Assembly (NCBI GenBank): GCA_036785375.1
Contig: JAWMAR010000825.1
Location: forward strand, 248,001 to 312,000
Direction: 5' to 3'
Origin: Leucoraja ocellata
Lineage: Eukaryota
Length of the DNA: 64,000 bases
The first letter of the stretch is position 1, and every line of letters begins with the position of its first letter. Position numbers and translations under genes: made by a program. Positions 1 through 13,900 of the stretch are shown one piece after another. Below the pieces are notes generated by a model. The model was not told the DNA's origin, did not search any database, and saw only the letters and a program-made list of their open reading frames with translations.

Positions 1-2251
1 GGTGGCACTGCTCCTACATGGCGGAGTCCGGGGGGTGGGGACAGGCCGTGCCAAGGATCCAGAACCTGGCTACTGAGGCTGGCTCTGGGAACGGTGGCAC
101 TTCTGCTCCGGGCCCACAAGGAGGGAGAGGAGCAGGACCCTCGAGATCCTGCGGAGGGAGAGTGGAGGGATTGAGGGAGAGGTGAGGAGGGAGTAGGATA
201 GGGGGAGGTGAGGAGTGGGGGAGGTAGGGGATAGGAGGGGAGAGGGGTTATGGAGGGAAGGAGTAACTGAAGGTAGGGTAAATGAGTGTGAGTGGGGAAG
301 GGGAGGGGAAAGAGGGAGGGTCAAGAGGAGGGGGAGTGCGGTGGATGAGGGGGAATTGAGGATAGGGGTAGGAAGAGGGATGGCAAGGCCTCGTTGGGGA
401 GGGTTTCCGTCACAACGGGGATCTGTGGCGTCACAATAGGAACCCGTCAGCCATGCCTGTGCAGTTGGGGGCTATGGCTGAGTGATGGAATATTGTGTTG
501 GGGAAATGGGACCCTATGGGTCCCACTTGGTCTAGTTTCTATATATATTACTGAAACTCTCATCTTGTTTCTGTCTATATTTATGATCCCATGTGATCAT
601 GGACCTACGCCAAAACAGTGCACGATAGTGTTTTATCACTCACCTTTGTCCTGTGGTTGTTTGTGTCAAGTTTAGTTCAGATTGATGTTATACTTCACAA
701 GTTATTGACATTTTTAGATTTACAAAACCCAATTTGCGAAAAATGTCTTCCGTGTGCTTACAGCTATGATGTCACAATGGGATTGTGGCCCTGCTCACAC
801 CATTGTTGCTATCCAAGTACACTGAGTCCTGCTAGCTCTAGCAGGTGCAAATACATTTTTCTTAAAGTCACAGTATACTGAATTTCATTTAAAGTTTAAA
901 ACGAGGGAAGATGAATAAGGCGATATGAGTAGCCCCTGCGCATTTGGGGGATATGGGTAAGAGGTGGAATATTGCGTTGGGGTAACGGGTGAGTGGTGGA
1001 AAATTGCTTTGGGGGACCTGGCCGCCCATGGGGGCTATGGATGAGTGGTCGAATATTGTATTGGGGCACCAGGCCTCCCGTGTGACAGAGACCCAATGGG
1101 TCCCACTTTGTCTAGTATATCTTATATTACTAAAAGTCTGATCTTGACCACTTCCTGTTCTGTATATTGATTTTTAAAAAAATGCTGCCACGTACGGCTG
1201 TGATTTTTGGCCATCTTACTCAAAAGAGTCCCCCTCCGCGGACAAGAGGATTTTTCCCATTGATTAAAAATAAAATAGTTATTAGTGTTTAAAACATGTT
1301 GAGATTCTCTCTCCTGATGGCCACGCCCCTTCCGGAGAGACTATAAAATCCAGCAGTGTTGAGTGCCTCAGTCAGTCTCTGCAAGATGGGGGAGCGAGAG
1401 GTCCACGTCTCTCAGTCAGAGCTGTGAATAACACTGAACACATGTCTACTAAACTGTGAGTGGTTTTACTGACCTGTCAGTGCCCTTAATGTGGTTTGAA
1501 AATATAGTTTGGAAATGCTAAAGTTGTGTTGCCTTTGGTTTGGAAATGCTAAAGCTGTGTTGCCTTTGGTTTGGAAATGCTAAAGCTGTGTTGCCTAATT
1601 AAAGTTGCCATGCCTTCTATATAATTAAAAGTCTAATCTTGACCACTTCCTGTTTGCGCTTTATATTGATTTTAGACAAAAATGCTACCACGTATGGCTG
1701 TGATTCTTGGCCATCTTACTCAGAGTCCCCCTCCGCTCATCAGGTGCCGAGGACTTTTCCCATCGATGAAAAATAAGTTATTAGTGTTTAAAAAATATTG
1801 AGATTCTCTCTCCTGTCAATCACACCATGAAGGCCACACCCCTTCTAGTGGGCGGGGTTATAAACCCCAGAAGTGTGGGCGTGGCTCAGTCTCCGCAAGA
1901 TGGAGGGAGAGGTCAAGGCTCGCTGTCTTTAGTGGCCTTGCACTCTGCTTCAAATGGAATTTCAGGGAATAGCGGTGAGTCAACTGCCAGCCCACCAGCT
2001 GGGGGTGAGTGAGCTGCCAGCACAAAACGCTTGAGTGACTGAGCCGCCAGACCAAGAATCCATTCGGCCCACAATATCCATACTAGCCCTCTGGAAACCA
2101 GTCCCTTCAGCCCACAATACCCATACTAGCACTCCAGAAAGCCCCTCCACCCCCACCACCAGTATTGGAATTGGTGGAGAGATGGAATATTGCATTGGGG
2201 GACTAGCGCTCCCGTGTGATGCTGGGACCCAACGGGTCCCACTTAGTCTAG
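1..2251 (+). mobile_element. Tandem array of non-autonomous Helitron-like elements (units <1-535, 538-1115, 1120-2251)
   Basis: Each unit ends in a G(G/A)GACCC-3nt-GGGTCCC hairpin, 7 nt, then CTAG (532-535, 1112-1115, 2248-2251). Units start with TC...TATATTACT (538, 1120; internal restart at 1616). Confidence 0.8.
1507..1596 (+). repeat. 31-bp minisatellite x3 inside a Helitron unit
   Basis: gtttggaaatgctaaag(c/t)tgtgttgcctttg at 1507, 1538 and 1569. Confidence 0.9.
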
Positions 2252-2329
2252 AATATATATTTAGATTGATATATAGATAGCAGATAGATAAATACATTCT
2301 AGTATCTGCTTCAACGACTGACTCTGGTA

Positions 2330-2890
2330 ACTTGTTGCATATACCCATCACCCTCCGGGTTAAAAGGTTGTCTCTCTTGGGTTTGTATTAAATCTTGCCC
2401 CTCTCACCTTAAAATATGTCCTCTGGTTTTTGATTCTTCTACTCTGGGTAAAAGACTCTGTGCATGCACCCCTATCTATTCCCCCTCATGATTTTATTCA
2501 TGTCAATAAGATCACCCATTACCTGCACTCCCAGGAATAACGCCCTTGCCTGCCCCACCTCTCCCTATATCTTAGATCCTCAAGACCTGGTGACATCCTT
2601 ACAAAACCTCTCTGCACTCTTTCCAGATATAGCAGGGTGCCCAAAATGGAATACAATTTTCCAAGTGTGGCCTCACCAATCTCTTGTACAACTGTAACAT
2701 GACGTCCCAATGCCTATACTCAATACCCGGATTGATGGCCAATTAACCAAGAGCCACTTTCATGGAACTATGTACGTGCACTCCGAGACCACTCTGCTCC
2801 ACAACACTCCACAGGGCCCGACCATTCAGTGACGGTCCTACTCTGATTTGACTTCCTAAAATGCACCACCTTGTACTGATCTGCATGTTT
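2330..2890 (-). mobile_element. CR1-like LINE 3' fragment
   Basis: Reverse complement resembles the CR1 RT C-terminus (LVRPHLE/YCVQFW-like; ERVQR) seen in the other copies in this window. Confidence 0.7.
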
Positions 2891-4627
2891 TAAATGGATT
2901 GAAAGCTTACATTCATTGTTCAAACTCTACAGATGTCTCCCTGGTTTACAAAGGGATTATTGCTCACAAAGAGATGCAAATATTTATAGACTGGGGGAAG
3001 GATACCTGTTGATGAGAATGATAAAAATACACAAGCCATCAATCTTCTCCCTTTAAGAATGCAGTAAATCAAAAGCAAAGCACTTATTTTGATGCGCTGA
3101 AACCCAAATCAATTTGTTGGCAGATGGAAGAGTGCAAGTGCTCAAGGGCGACCCCTTCCGTCTTGATTATCAAATATTAATTTCAGTTAACCCAATCAAA
3201 AGACGCAAATGTTACCCACTTTCACACAACTGTTTGAAAGAATAACACCAAACATGTCCCTTAGGTGCGGTTTGCTGCAACAGATAAGTTGAAAGGACAA
3301 ATTAAATTAGGGTTTATAGTTTTGTTCAGCAGTGGGGATGGGGAAAACGCAGTCGAGATGGGCAACAGATTGGAAAATATTGCAGATGGTGGAACTTCAA
3401 TTTACACACAGGAACTGAAGGAAAAAAAAAACCCAGATATTTGGGAAAACAGGATTACTGTTTCAGATCAACAGCACTGTGTTCCCATACTAGACAAATC
3501 AACCTGAGGCTCTGCTCAGATGCTGCCTGGTTTGCTGAATGTTTCTAATGCCTTCTGTTTTATCATCACAGATGCTCTATTATTTCAGTAATATCCCAAA
3601 CCAAAACCTCACTTTTTTGGTTTGCAATTTTGAGGGCTTGGCTTAAGGATAAAAGTAATTTCCAGTAAATCTACTGCAAGTTGTGTTTAAGGAGGGTGAT
3701 AGTAGACAACGGATGCAAAACCTCTTTCCAATATTACTTCCATCGTTGTCACATAAAGGATGTTTAATTTAGGCTGAAGGATTAAAAGTGATGGAAAACC
3801 AAAAGTAAATTTTCTGAAATAATTCATGCGAATGTGGCCAAAAGATTGTTGACAACAATATACAATGTACTGGAATTTTACTAAGTGAGACAAGATTACA
3901 GAAAAAAAGCTTAACAAAATGGTGCTGCATGCAAGTACTGTACTTACAAATCTGACACTAATGCAATTATCAAAAGAAAGAATAGCAACATTCAGTAATA
4001 CAGACTGTGTTGTACAGGGCTTTTTTTTTTTTTAAGACTAATCTCCAATACAAATCATACAAGGTTTTGAACAGTTAATGAACATAATACCTGACTTCAA
4101 AATGCTTCCATTTTAACTCTGTTGATCTCTCATTTAGTTTTCATGACATAATGCTAGGCAGTAATGTCAATGCACATTATACTATGGCACAGATAAACTT
4201 CTGCATTAGCTCAGGAAGGTTCTTCCCCACCCTCAAAAATGTATGTATCAACTGTACATTTTAATAACCTCATTCAAAGAAACCGGGTACTAATGAAATC
4301 CCCATAATCGTGATTTTCATTTAATTCAACTAGCATTTTGGTTTGCTCCCCACTTAAAAGGTAAAAATTGAGTGTGTTGCCTACACTTCTTTTTTTTTTA
4401 AAAGGTCACACACTTAAATATAAAGTGTTAAAACCCATTAAACTAAAAAACATTCTTGAAACAAGTTGATGTCCAACAGCTTATCTAAAATAGCATTCTA
4501 CGGAATTATCTAAAAATAAGTTTCTACTTTTTTCTAGGTTAGCTGCAGAAAAGTATTGTGTCACTTGGCGTGTTTCAAATGACAAACACATGCACCACCA
4601 AAGAAGAGCATTCCACCTTTGCTGTTT

Positions 4628-4904
4628 TTACTTTCTCTGCCTCAGTGAATGCCGCGTGGTGGTCTTGGTAGGTCCTTTCACCTTCTTTGGGGTTGCAGAA
4701 GACTTTTTAGGAGACCCACGGCGAGGCTTTTGAGGTGCTGCTGGCTTTTTAGCCAACTTTGCAGACGAGGGCCGCGACTTCTTAGCTGGTGTTTTTGCAG
4801 GTACTTTCTTTGACAACATGCTCTTCTTAGCAGTGACTGCTTTCTTCGGCTTGGCAGCTTTTCGTTTCTGCAACTTGGCCTTGGCTCGTGGAACTGGCTT
4901 GTGC
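4628..4904 (-). CDS. HP1BP3: HP1BP3 last coding exon (Lys/Pro/Ala-rich H1-like tail)
   Basis: Acceptor aacag|G at 4905-4906; reads HKPVPRAKAKLQKRKAAKPKK...SLRQRK then TAA at 4628-4630. Confidence 0.93.
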
Positions 4905-7900
4905 CTGTTTCAGGTTATAAATGCAATAGATTTATTATTGTAGACTAGAGTTAAATGGCTCTGTTGACTGCCCAGTGTTGATACAACTTCAAGCTTCTGG
5001 GTTCCATTAGGGAAAGAAAGTGATCGAAGTTTCAACTATTGTCCTTTGTCAGAATTATTTGAAAAATGTCCTATATTGTTGCCCAAACACCGATGGAGAC
5101 TATTGATTATTTGTAGTTTTTCATTTTTATTTCATACATTTGTTTTTTTATTACCCGAGGCTGTAATTTTAAGTGCTGATGCTCTCTATAGCTTTTAAAA
5201 ATCTCAACTGACTAGTTAAGCAGTTTTGTCAATACATTAAAAATGCAGAAAGGCTACATCATTAAAATTAGTTAGTGATAAACACACACCTTTTCTTAGG
5301 AGGCTCATCTTCATCAGATTCTTCTTCTGACTCCGATATATCATTGTCCTCTTCCTCTTCATCTTCTACTTCAGAGTCGTCTTCTTTCTGATGCTGCTTT
5401 TCTGGGAAAAGGACACTAGGACTAAAGGAAAATCAAAATATTAAGTTACAGGTACATTGGGCATTGCACAATGTGAAGAAACGCAATGACAGTTTAGACA
5501 GAAAACTATTGGAAAAATAGACATTGTAAAAAATTAGAAAGCAGTAAAGATCCAAGAGACAGAAAGACCCACACAAAGCCTTGATGTCTCAGCATGTCCA
5601 AGCACTTAAAGTTCTATGAATGGCAGTTAATTTGAATTGTAGTTAATTGCAATGTAAAAAATGACATATGGGTTCAAAGCTGTTAAATATATATTTACTT
5701 TCCACTTGATGAAAACCCCAAGCAGTCCCATAAGGATACAAAGTACATGAAAATCTAATGTAAACTATAAGGTTGATGAGGGTGGGGCTGCTGACGGAGT
5801 CTATATGGACTTCAGCAAGCCTTTGATATTGCTCTGGAAGGCTAAATTGCATGGAACCGAGGGAGAGCTAATACAGAATTGGCTTTGTGGTAGGAAGCAG
5901 AGGGTGGTGGTGAGAGGTTGTTTTTCCACACTGGAAGCCTGTATCTAGTGGTGTGCATCAGGGATTGGTGCTGAGCCCATTGCTGTCTGTCGTCTATTTC
6001 AATGACTTGGATGAGAACGTACAAGGCATAATTAGTAAGTTTGCAAGTGACATTAAAATAGGTGGGATTGCATTGTGAAACTTGTTATCAAGAATTACAG
6101 CATAATCTTGATTAGCTAGGCAAGTGGACAGAGGAATGGCTCATGGAGTTTCATTCAGATGAGTGAGGTGTTGCATTTTGGGAAGTCAAACAGGACAGGA
6201 CCTTCAGTGAATAGTAGGGCTCCTGGGAGTGCTGTAGAGCAGAGGGGTCTTGAAGTACAAGTACTTAGTTCCATGAAAGTGACAAAAACAGTTTATGGTA
6301 GGGTTCTGAAGGCAGCTTTTGACACAGTGGCCCTCATCTGTAGGGAAGCAAGTTTAGAGGTTGGGACGTTATGTTACATTGTACATGCTGTTGGTTATGT
6401 CGCACTTGGAGTAGTGTGTTCACTTTTGGCTATAGGAAATATGCCATTAAGCTCGATAGAGTACAAAGATGATTTACGGGGATGTTGCCAGGACTTAAGG
6501 GCCTGAGCTTTAGGGAAAGGTTGGTCAGGCTAGGACTTTATTGCAGTCATGAGGAGAATAAATAGGGCAGGGGAATCAATATCCAAAGGACATTTGCTTA
6601 GGGTAAAATAATTTAATGGGATCCCAAGGGGAACTTTTCCCAGAGTGGTGGGTATATGGGGCGAGCTGCCAGAGGAAATATTTGAGGCAGGCACAATAAC
6701 AACATTTCAAAGATATTTGGACAGGTACCTGGATCGGAAAGATGGAAATGGGCCAAACGTGACTAGCTAAAATTTTGCATCTTTGTTGGCATGGACAAGT
6801 CCAGCCGAAGAGCCTGTTTCTGTACTGTATGACTATGATATTGGTGAACATCCAGACTAACAGAATATATTTCAAAACGAAGAGCTCCAATGAGTATATT
6901 AGGAGTATGACCAAGTGCAATAAGAAGGAATAATATGGTGCTCAACAAAAAATTATAACCTAATATATGTTACATATCCCTATTGTCCAACTTCCATAAA
7001 TGGAAGCATACTGAAATAAATAGTGGTGCCAAAAAGATAATGAAAAAATCTTAATGTTGTTCAACTAAAACAATGCTGTATGCTGAAAACATGCAATTAT
7101 CTTAAAACTACCTTTCTCGCTGTTTTCCATAAAGAGGTTATTAACAGACTGATCTAATCTCCTCTGATGCATCGTGCTACATGAGATCTTCACTACGGAA
7201 GATTGTGTAAACATTTGAAAAAACATTGCCTTAGTTACTGTTGTGAATCCACTAAAAATATTAAATATATTGATGATAGAGAGTACAGAGGAGATTTACT
7301 AGAATGTTGCCTGGGTTTCAGCAACTAAGTTACAGAGAAAGGTTGAACAAGTTAGGGCTTTATTCTTTGGAGCGCAGAAGGTTAAGGGGGGACTTGATAG
7401 AGTTCTTTAAAATGATGAGAGGGATAGACAGAGTTGACGTGGATAAGCTTTTCCCACTGGAAGTAGGGAAGATTCAAACAAGGGGACATGACTTGAGAAT
7501 TAAGGGACTGAAGTTTAGGGTTAACATGAGGGGGAACTTCTTTACTCAGAGCGTGGTGGCTGTGTGGAATGAGCTTCCAGTGAAGGTGGTGGAGGCAGGT
7601 TCATTTTGACCATTTAAAAATAAATTGGATAGTTATATGGACGGGAAAGGAATGGAGGGTTATGGTCTGAGCGCAGGTATATGTGACTAGGGGAGAATAC
7701 GTGTTCGGCACGGACTAGAAGGGTCGAGATGGCCTATTTCCGTGCTGTAATTGTTATATGGTTATATGGCTGTAGCTGCTCGTAAGCAGAGCATCAACAA
7801 ATGAGAACATGGTGTTTCTGTAAATGGAAACAAACACAAAAGTTACACCCATTTAACTGTAAAGAGAATGTCTGCAGAAAATGGCCAAACAAATAACCTA

Positions 7901-10900
7901 AGGTGATCGACAATCTATACAAGCCCACTAACAAACCTATATTTGCCATTGTGCATGTTTAAAAAAAAAATTCCAATTAAAATTGTTCTTGCCTGGGGTA
8001 AAATGGAAAACAGAGCTGGAAGGAGCCACTGAATCCTTTGCCAGATATCTGTTCAATCCATCCATTTTTTTCACATTTCTGCAGTGTTCTCTTCAACATG
8101 TGCACTGGAACAAATAATACAATACAATCAAAATATTATCGTTGAAATTCACATGTGTTTTGTTGAATTAAGGTACCAATGATGTTTGCTTTTGTAGAAA
8201 ATATGACAATTATTTCAATCATTTCCTCTCACGGGCACAGGTTAAATACACCATGCCCATTCAAAAAACAGGCGAGATATAATTTGGAATATTGTGCACC
8301 TTTTAATACTCCCATGTCAATAATGAAATTCCGGCCCTGACTGACCTGCTGAGTTACCAGTGTTCTAACTAGTACAGGAGTCACTGCCTCAAAAAGGCAG
8401 CCAGCTTCGTCGGAGACCCACATAACCTTGGCCACAGGGAGAGGGTTTTGACCCAAAACGTCACCTATTTATTTTCTCCAGAGATGCCGTGCGATTGTGC
8501 GCCGAAGCGGAGTTCGCGCTAAGTGCGCACTAAGTTTGCGCGTTACATCATTTACGTCATGCTTACCAATCAGCTGGACGGGAGGCGGACCAACTGAATT
8601 TGGGCGTCGCACGGCGACGTCATCGCGCAATGTCACGCCGGGCAGTGACGTCATCACGCAACGCCACGCGCTAGGGGTACGCCGTCAAGACGCTGCGTAC
8701 GATCGCAATGCACCTGCGTGCCAACAGGCCGTTGGCGCGCGAGGATTTCGACCACTGCAAAAAGTTCGGAGCCCCGTGCGATGTTGGGACCAGCCCCGCA
8801 CAACTCCGCACTTCTAAGTGCCCGTACGCCTCAAGCGACCACGAGGTCGCGTAATTTGCGAGCCAAGGTCGCGTAAGTGGGACAGGCCCTTTACTCCAGC
8901 ATTTTGTCTATCCACCATGGTCATACTCACTTCACTCTTGCCATCGGGAAGAAGGTATTCGAGCCTGAAAACTGTAACATCCAGGTTCAGGAGCAGCTTC
9001 TTCCCTACAACCATCAACCATATTAAACATTGCAACCTCCAAATAAGCTCCAAACTACAGACTTGGGGGTATTGTTTTTGTATTTGCACTATTATTGTTT
9101 GCTTGTTTTTATATACATTTCCAGAGTACTATGTTTACATATCTGTTGTGCTGCTGCAAGTAAGAATCTCATTGTTCTGTTCCAGGACATATGACAATAA
9201 AACTCTCTCTCTCTCTCTCCATTTGTGACACAGTTTGATGTTGATGGAGCACACAAACCCTGATCAGTGTGGTGGGGGATCTTTTACAAAGTAAAATTTA
9301 GGAGAACTGTAATAATTCAGACATAAACACATTATTTATTTTGCCTTTAAAACCAATCAATGCCTCACCCCCTAGATTTCCAATTTCTTCCATCATTAGA
9401 GTTCCTCATTTCAAGACAATTTATTTTCTTATTAAAGACTGTCATTTTCCACCCAAGAGTTCTGCATCAAAGTACCAAACTTCTGACAGTTAATCCTAGA
9501 CATTTTGCCGACTGTTTCACTTCTCACTCAGAGGTTCAGCCTAAAGAATCTGAACTAGGTTGGGCCCAGCCCAGAAAAGGCAATTCCATTCATTTTGATG
9601 TTGAGGAAATGATTCAGTCTGCAACTCAAAGCACACCGCTTTCACAATTAAATTAACAGTTTCCAGAAGAGTGTGGAAAAATTGAATCTCAGACAATTAA
9701 ATGATTAGCTTTTTAGTAAGCAAATATAAACGAAGGGCAATAAAGACAATGTCTGACTTACTCTGGAAATTCGAATTGGTTGCAGGAACTTTCTCCAAAA
9801 CATATTTTTTAAGAGCTGTGGTTGAACAGGTTTTTGGTTCATTCATGGCAGTTATAGCACTTAGAATTGCATCCTCAAATGGACCCCCACTTAACAATGG
9901 CTTGTCTCCAGTCTTTTTAAGCTGCAACAGAAGATGCAAGCAGTAAGTCAAAAAACTTTCTAAGTTATATCACAAGTGGAGCTATGGTGTAAATGTTTCT
10001 ATATGTTTGTTATGCATATTATGTTACCGCTACCAATATCAGGTCAACAGGATGGTTCTACACAGCCCACCTCAAATGGCAGGCTGTTAAGACCCATGTG
10101 CATACATTTTCTACCAGATATTTCTGGGAGCAAGTAGGAATAACTGTTCATGGTTAAATAATTCAAGCCAACCAGTTAAAAAAAATGTAATTTGTTCTTC
10201 TTTTGTCCTCAAATAATTGACACAAATCTATGTATTAGGTAGTTGAAACAGATACTGTGAGCATTACAAAATGCAACACAGTACATTTGTCCACAAACAT
10301 TCTGACGACGTTTGAAGCCATAGCCCACGCTGAACTGGCTGATAAAAGTGTGCGTGTCAATGAATACCAGAAATATTAAAAAATTAAGTCATACTATTTC
10401 AAGATTTAAAAAAATAAGCAGGTAATTATATTGAACATTATCTAAAATCTAAGGTAGACAATCTTTCCATTTTCCTCAGAGCTGCTCCCCATTTGAAATG
10501 GAATCCCCAAATCTACACAAGTACAACCAGAACCACATTCAGCTCCTATATTCACGAATGCAATGCAGATGTTTCCACTTCATCACCAAATATGGACACA
10601 ATTGAACCTCAATGGATCTTTATGACTGCTGTGCATATCCCCGATTGTCAGCTGTAATTTGGTGTTCATTGTAGCCTAACCCCCCAAAAGAGATGCATTT
10701 CAATGTTTTATGCACTTTAGTAGTCATTTGTCAATTTCCTTTACTCCCAAGTGAATCCTTGAGATGAGATAAATTAAAGTGACAGATGAGATTTACATTT
10801 TAAAAGATTCCCCTGGGATCAAAACTCTCAGATAACTTCCAAAGGATATGTAAAATTCACTTTAATACCCATTCACTCACATACCCAAATTGAAAATGAT

Positions 10901-13900
10901 CCCACCCCTCTATTCTTAACATAGCTAGTATTAGTAGTACTTACCTGGAACGTCCCCGTTGCTCCCTTGCCAGTGATCTGCTCCAACTGACCCTTATCTA
11001 CAGCTCTTTGCAAAGCCTGTTTAAGTAAATAGGCCCTGCAATTTCAGCACACACAAAATAATCTTCAATGGTAGATAAACCAAGCCATCAAAAAATGAAA
11101 AAAAAACATCAACACCTTAAAGAATTAATATTTTATTCAACCAAATGGTCGACCTGTCGCACGAGGCCTGGTCCCCCAACGAAAAACCCGTTTCCCCAAC
11201 GCAATATTGCACCAGTAACCCGTAGTCATCAATGGAGGCGTGGTACCCCAACTGAACCCATTCCCGAACGTAAGATTCCAGCACTCCCCTGCCTCCCTCA
11301 GCACTGGACTTTAAAAAAGAATCCCAATTCCACTTCCCTGCCAGCCGCAGCAGATCCAATTGCAGATTCGCCCTCCCCCTCCCCTCCTGTTGAAGGACTT
11401 GCTGTGACATCCCATTGAGGTGAAAAGTTCAGAGTGTTCCTGTCTTGCAACTTCGTATCAATGTGTGTTGGAAGCTAGCAGGAAGGATTTTAACAGTAAA
11501 AATCCTGTTAAATTTGGCTTTTATTAAAGCTTTAATCATCAATAATGTGAAATATAGCATCAAATCTTAAGCGAACCTGATTACGACGTGGAGGGCAAAA
11601 ATGCGAGTCAGAATATATAAAAATGTAAGCGCTAGCGAGTAGCGTTTTGAGGAAGATACAAAACACATACAGACATACATACAAATTGGAGAAGCCAATG
11701 TTCACACCGCTGGGGTGTAAATTACCCAAGCTAAATATGAGGTTCTGTTCCTCCAATTTGCGGTGGACCGCACTCTGGCCATGGAGGAGGCCCAGGACAG
11801 AAAGGTTAGATTCGGAATGGGAAGGGGAGTTGAATTGCTGAGCCACCGGGAGATCAGGCTGGTTATTGCGAACTGAGTGGAGGTGTGTGAAGCGATCGCC
11901 AAGCCTGCACTTGGTCTCACTGAGGTTGATCATACGCTGAATAATCCCACCAAATTGTGGTATATATCATGCCTTGATTGATGAATATGTTTAATTTGTG
12001 ACTTTATTTGAAGCAGAAATAATATGTGAATGCTTCATTGAACATAATTCCGACTACGCACTTCGTCCGAGCACATTATCGCACTCGTCATGCAAGCCGT
12101 CTTAAATGACCATCTAAACTGTCATTTGGCAACCTAAATAGCTTCCGAGGTTGTCCGGCTGGCAACAGGGAAAAAAAAGTTAAGTGAGAGCCTTGTGTGT
12201 GCATACAACTTTCTAGTGTCTTTCTCCTAGTCTGACTAACATTTAACGTAGAAATCTATTCTTCTTTCTTTGCCTCTGCTCACCTTCCTAGAAATCAATT
12301 TACTTGGGAGAACTTATTCAATCAGTTAGGATTACTCTCATTATTTTTATCTGGACAAATTACCAGAACTGGTAACTTTAGTGCACATGATGACAAATCT
12401 TCAAGAATGAAAAGCAGAACATGCTATAAAAATCCATAGGCTTACAGGCTGAATCACAAAGTAGGGATTTAGAGTGCTTTACAATGGTTTTAGTCTTGGA
12501 CAAAGATGCAAACATAAATTTTCCATACCTGCTTTCAGCATTCAGTTTGGGGTAATATTGAAGAAGATACTTCTTGATAAGACTGTATGATGCCTCCTTA
12601 GGTTCACACAGCTTTGTGAATGCCAGTGGTAGAGCATCCTCCAGTTTTACTGGCTGTTCCATTGGTCCTGATGAGGTGGTTTTCTATTAAAATAAGAATA
12701 CTGGGGTTTATGGAAAATAAAAAATTATTTGAAAAACCTCAATCCATTGAGGTTGTCTGTGCAGAGGTACAATATTCAATTCAATTCAATTTATTTATTA
12801 ATTCAATATGCAAGATTTAGGCGAAAAGCATACCGATATACTGAATAAAGGGTCAATACAACTATTAGCTAAGGTAGCAGAGGAGTGCTGCTAAGAAATA
12901 TTGGGGGAAAAAATTAGAAGGTTATTCTGCTAATGCCTTGGAGAAAGTCTATTTTTTATTGCGAAATAGAGTGGTTATCAGGCAGAATCAGATGGGAAAC
13001 AGCGACAGTATTTGCAGTTGGACAGTACCATGAAAACCAAACTCAATACTTTTTTCGGAGCATGATGATATGGTTGAACGTTCTCTATTATTAATCAATA
13101 TTTGATGCTTTATCCTTGATCATATTAAGAGAATGTTTTAGATTAGTGGTCAGCTAGGACAAAAAATTATATGTGCTAGTGTTCAGGTTTGGACTGGCCT
13201 TGATCAGGTCAAGTTATAGTTTTATAACCAAGCAGACTCTTGCATAGCAAACCATAAACAGGACTATATACCAACAATAACTGGTCCAAAAGACTATTCA
13301 AAAAGCTATAGTCACTTTACAATCAGGTGCATCACAATAACATTCACCTTCAGCTAATAAGGTTTTGACTGAGAATGACTGTACAGAAATTGTATCTGCA
13401 CAGATTGTTTCTGCTCTAATTAAAACTTTACATTTTCTGAAGCAAATTTGGGATGTTGATGCAATGGTAAACCCTGACTACAAAATACCCATGGGCAATG
13501 AACAAATGATTTATCATGAATATATCCAATACCTTTTTGTCCTGTTTCGATTTATGCGATTGTTTCCCTGCATTTGACACAACCACAAAACTTCCAGAGG
13601 CACCCTTTCCCTTCACCTGAAGAACAGGATGAACTCAAGATTAATCCTTTCGTGTAATGGACTGTACGTCGTGCGACAGCTTAGAGTTCAAAGCAACATT
13701 ATATATTTCCAAGGAAAACATTTATCCTGGTACCTTGAATCAAGTAAAAAAAGTTTAAAACATTTCTTTATAATGTTAATGACTATACAAAATAACCCAT
13801 TACATGCAATCTTTGTACAGGGGCATAAAGTTACATTGAAATTCAGACTATGTTGAATTCAAAATGAAACACACCAATATTGGCTCTATAGAACTTGTCC

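Noticed and set aside
70-439. Pro/Ser-rich and Gly/Arg-rich ORFs
   Set aside because: Low-complexity purine tract within a Helitron-like unit.
2900-4627. Defined HP1BP3 polyadenylation site
   Set aside because: The region looks like 3' UTR, but only ATTAAA-type hexamers were seen and none could be singled out.
4628-4873. Standalone histone H1-like gene
   Set aside because: It is the spliced last exon of HP1BP3; the ORF start is TTG within the exon.
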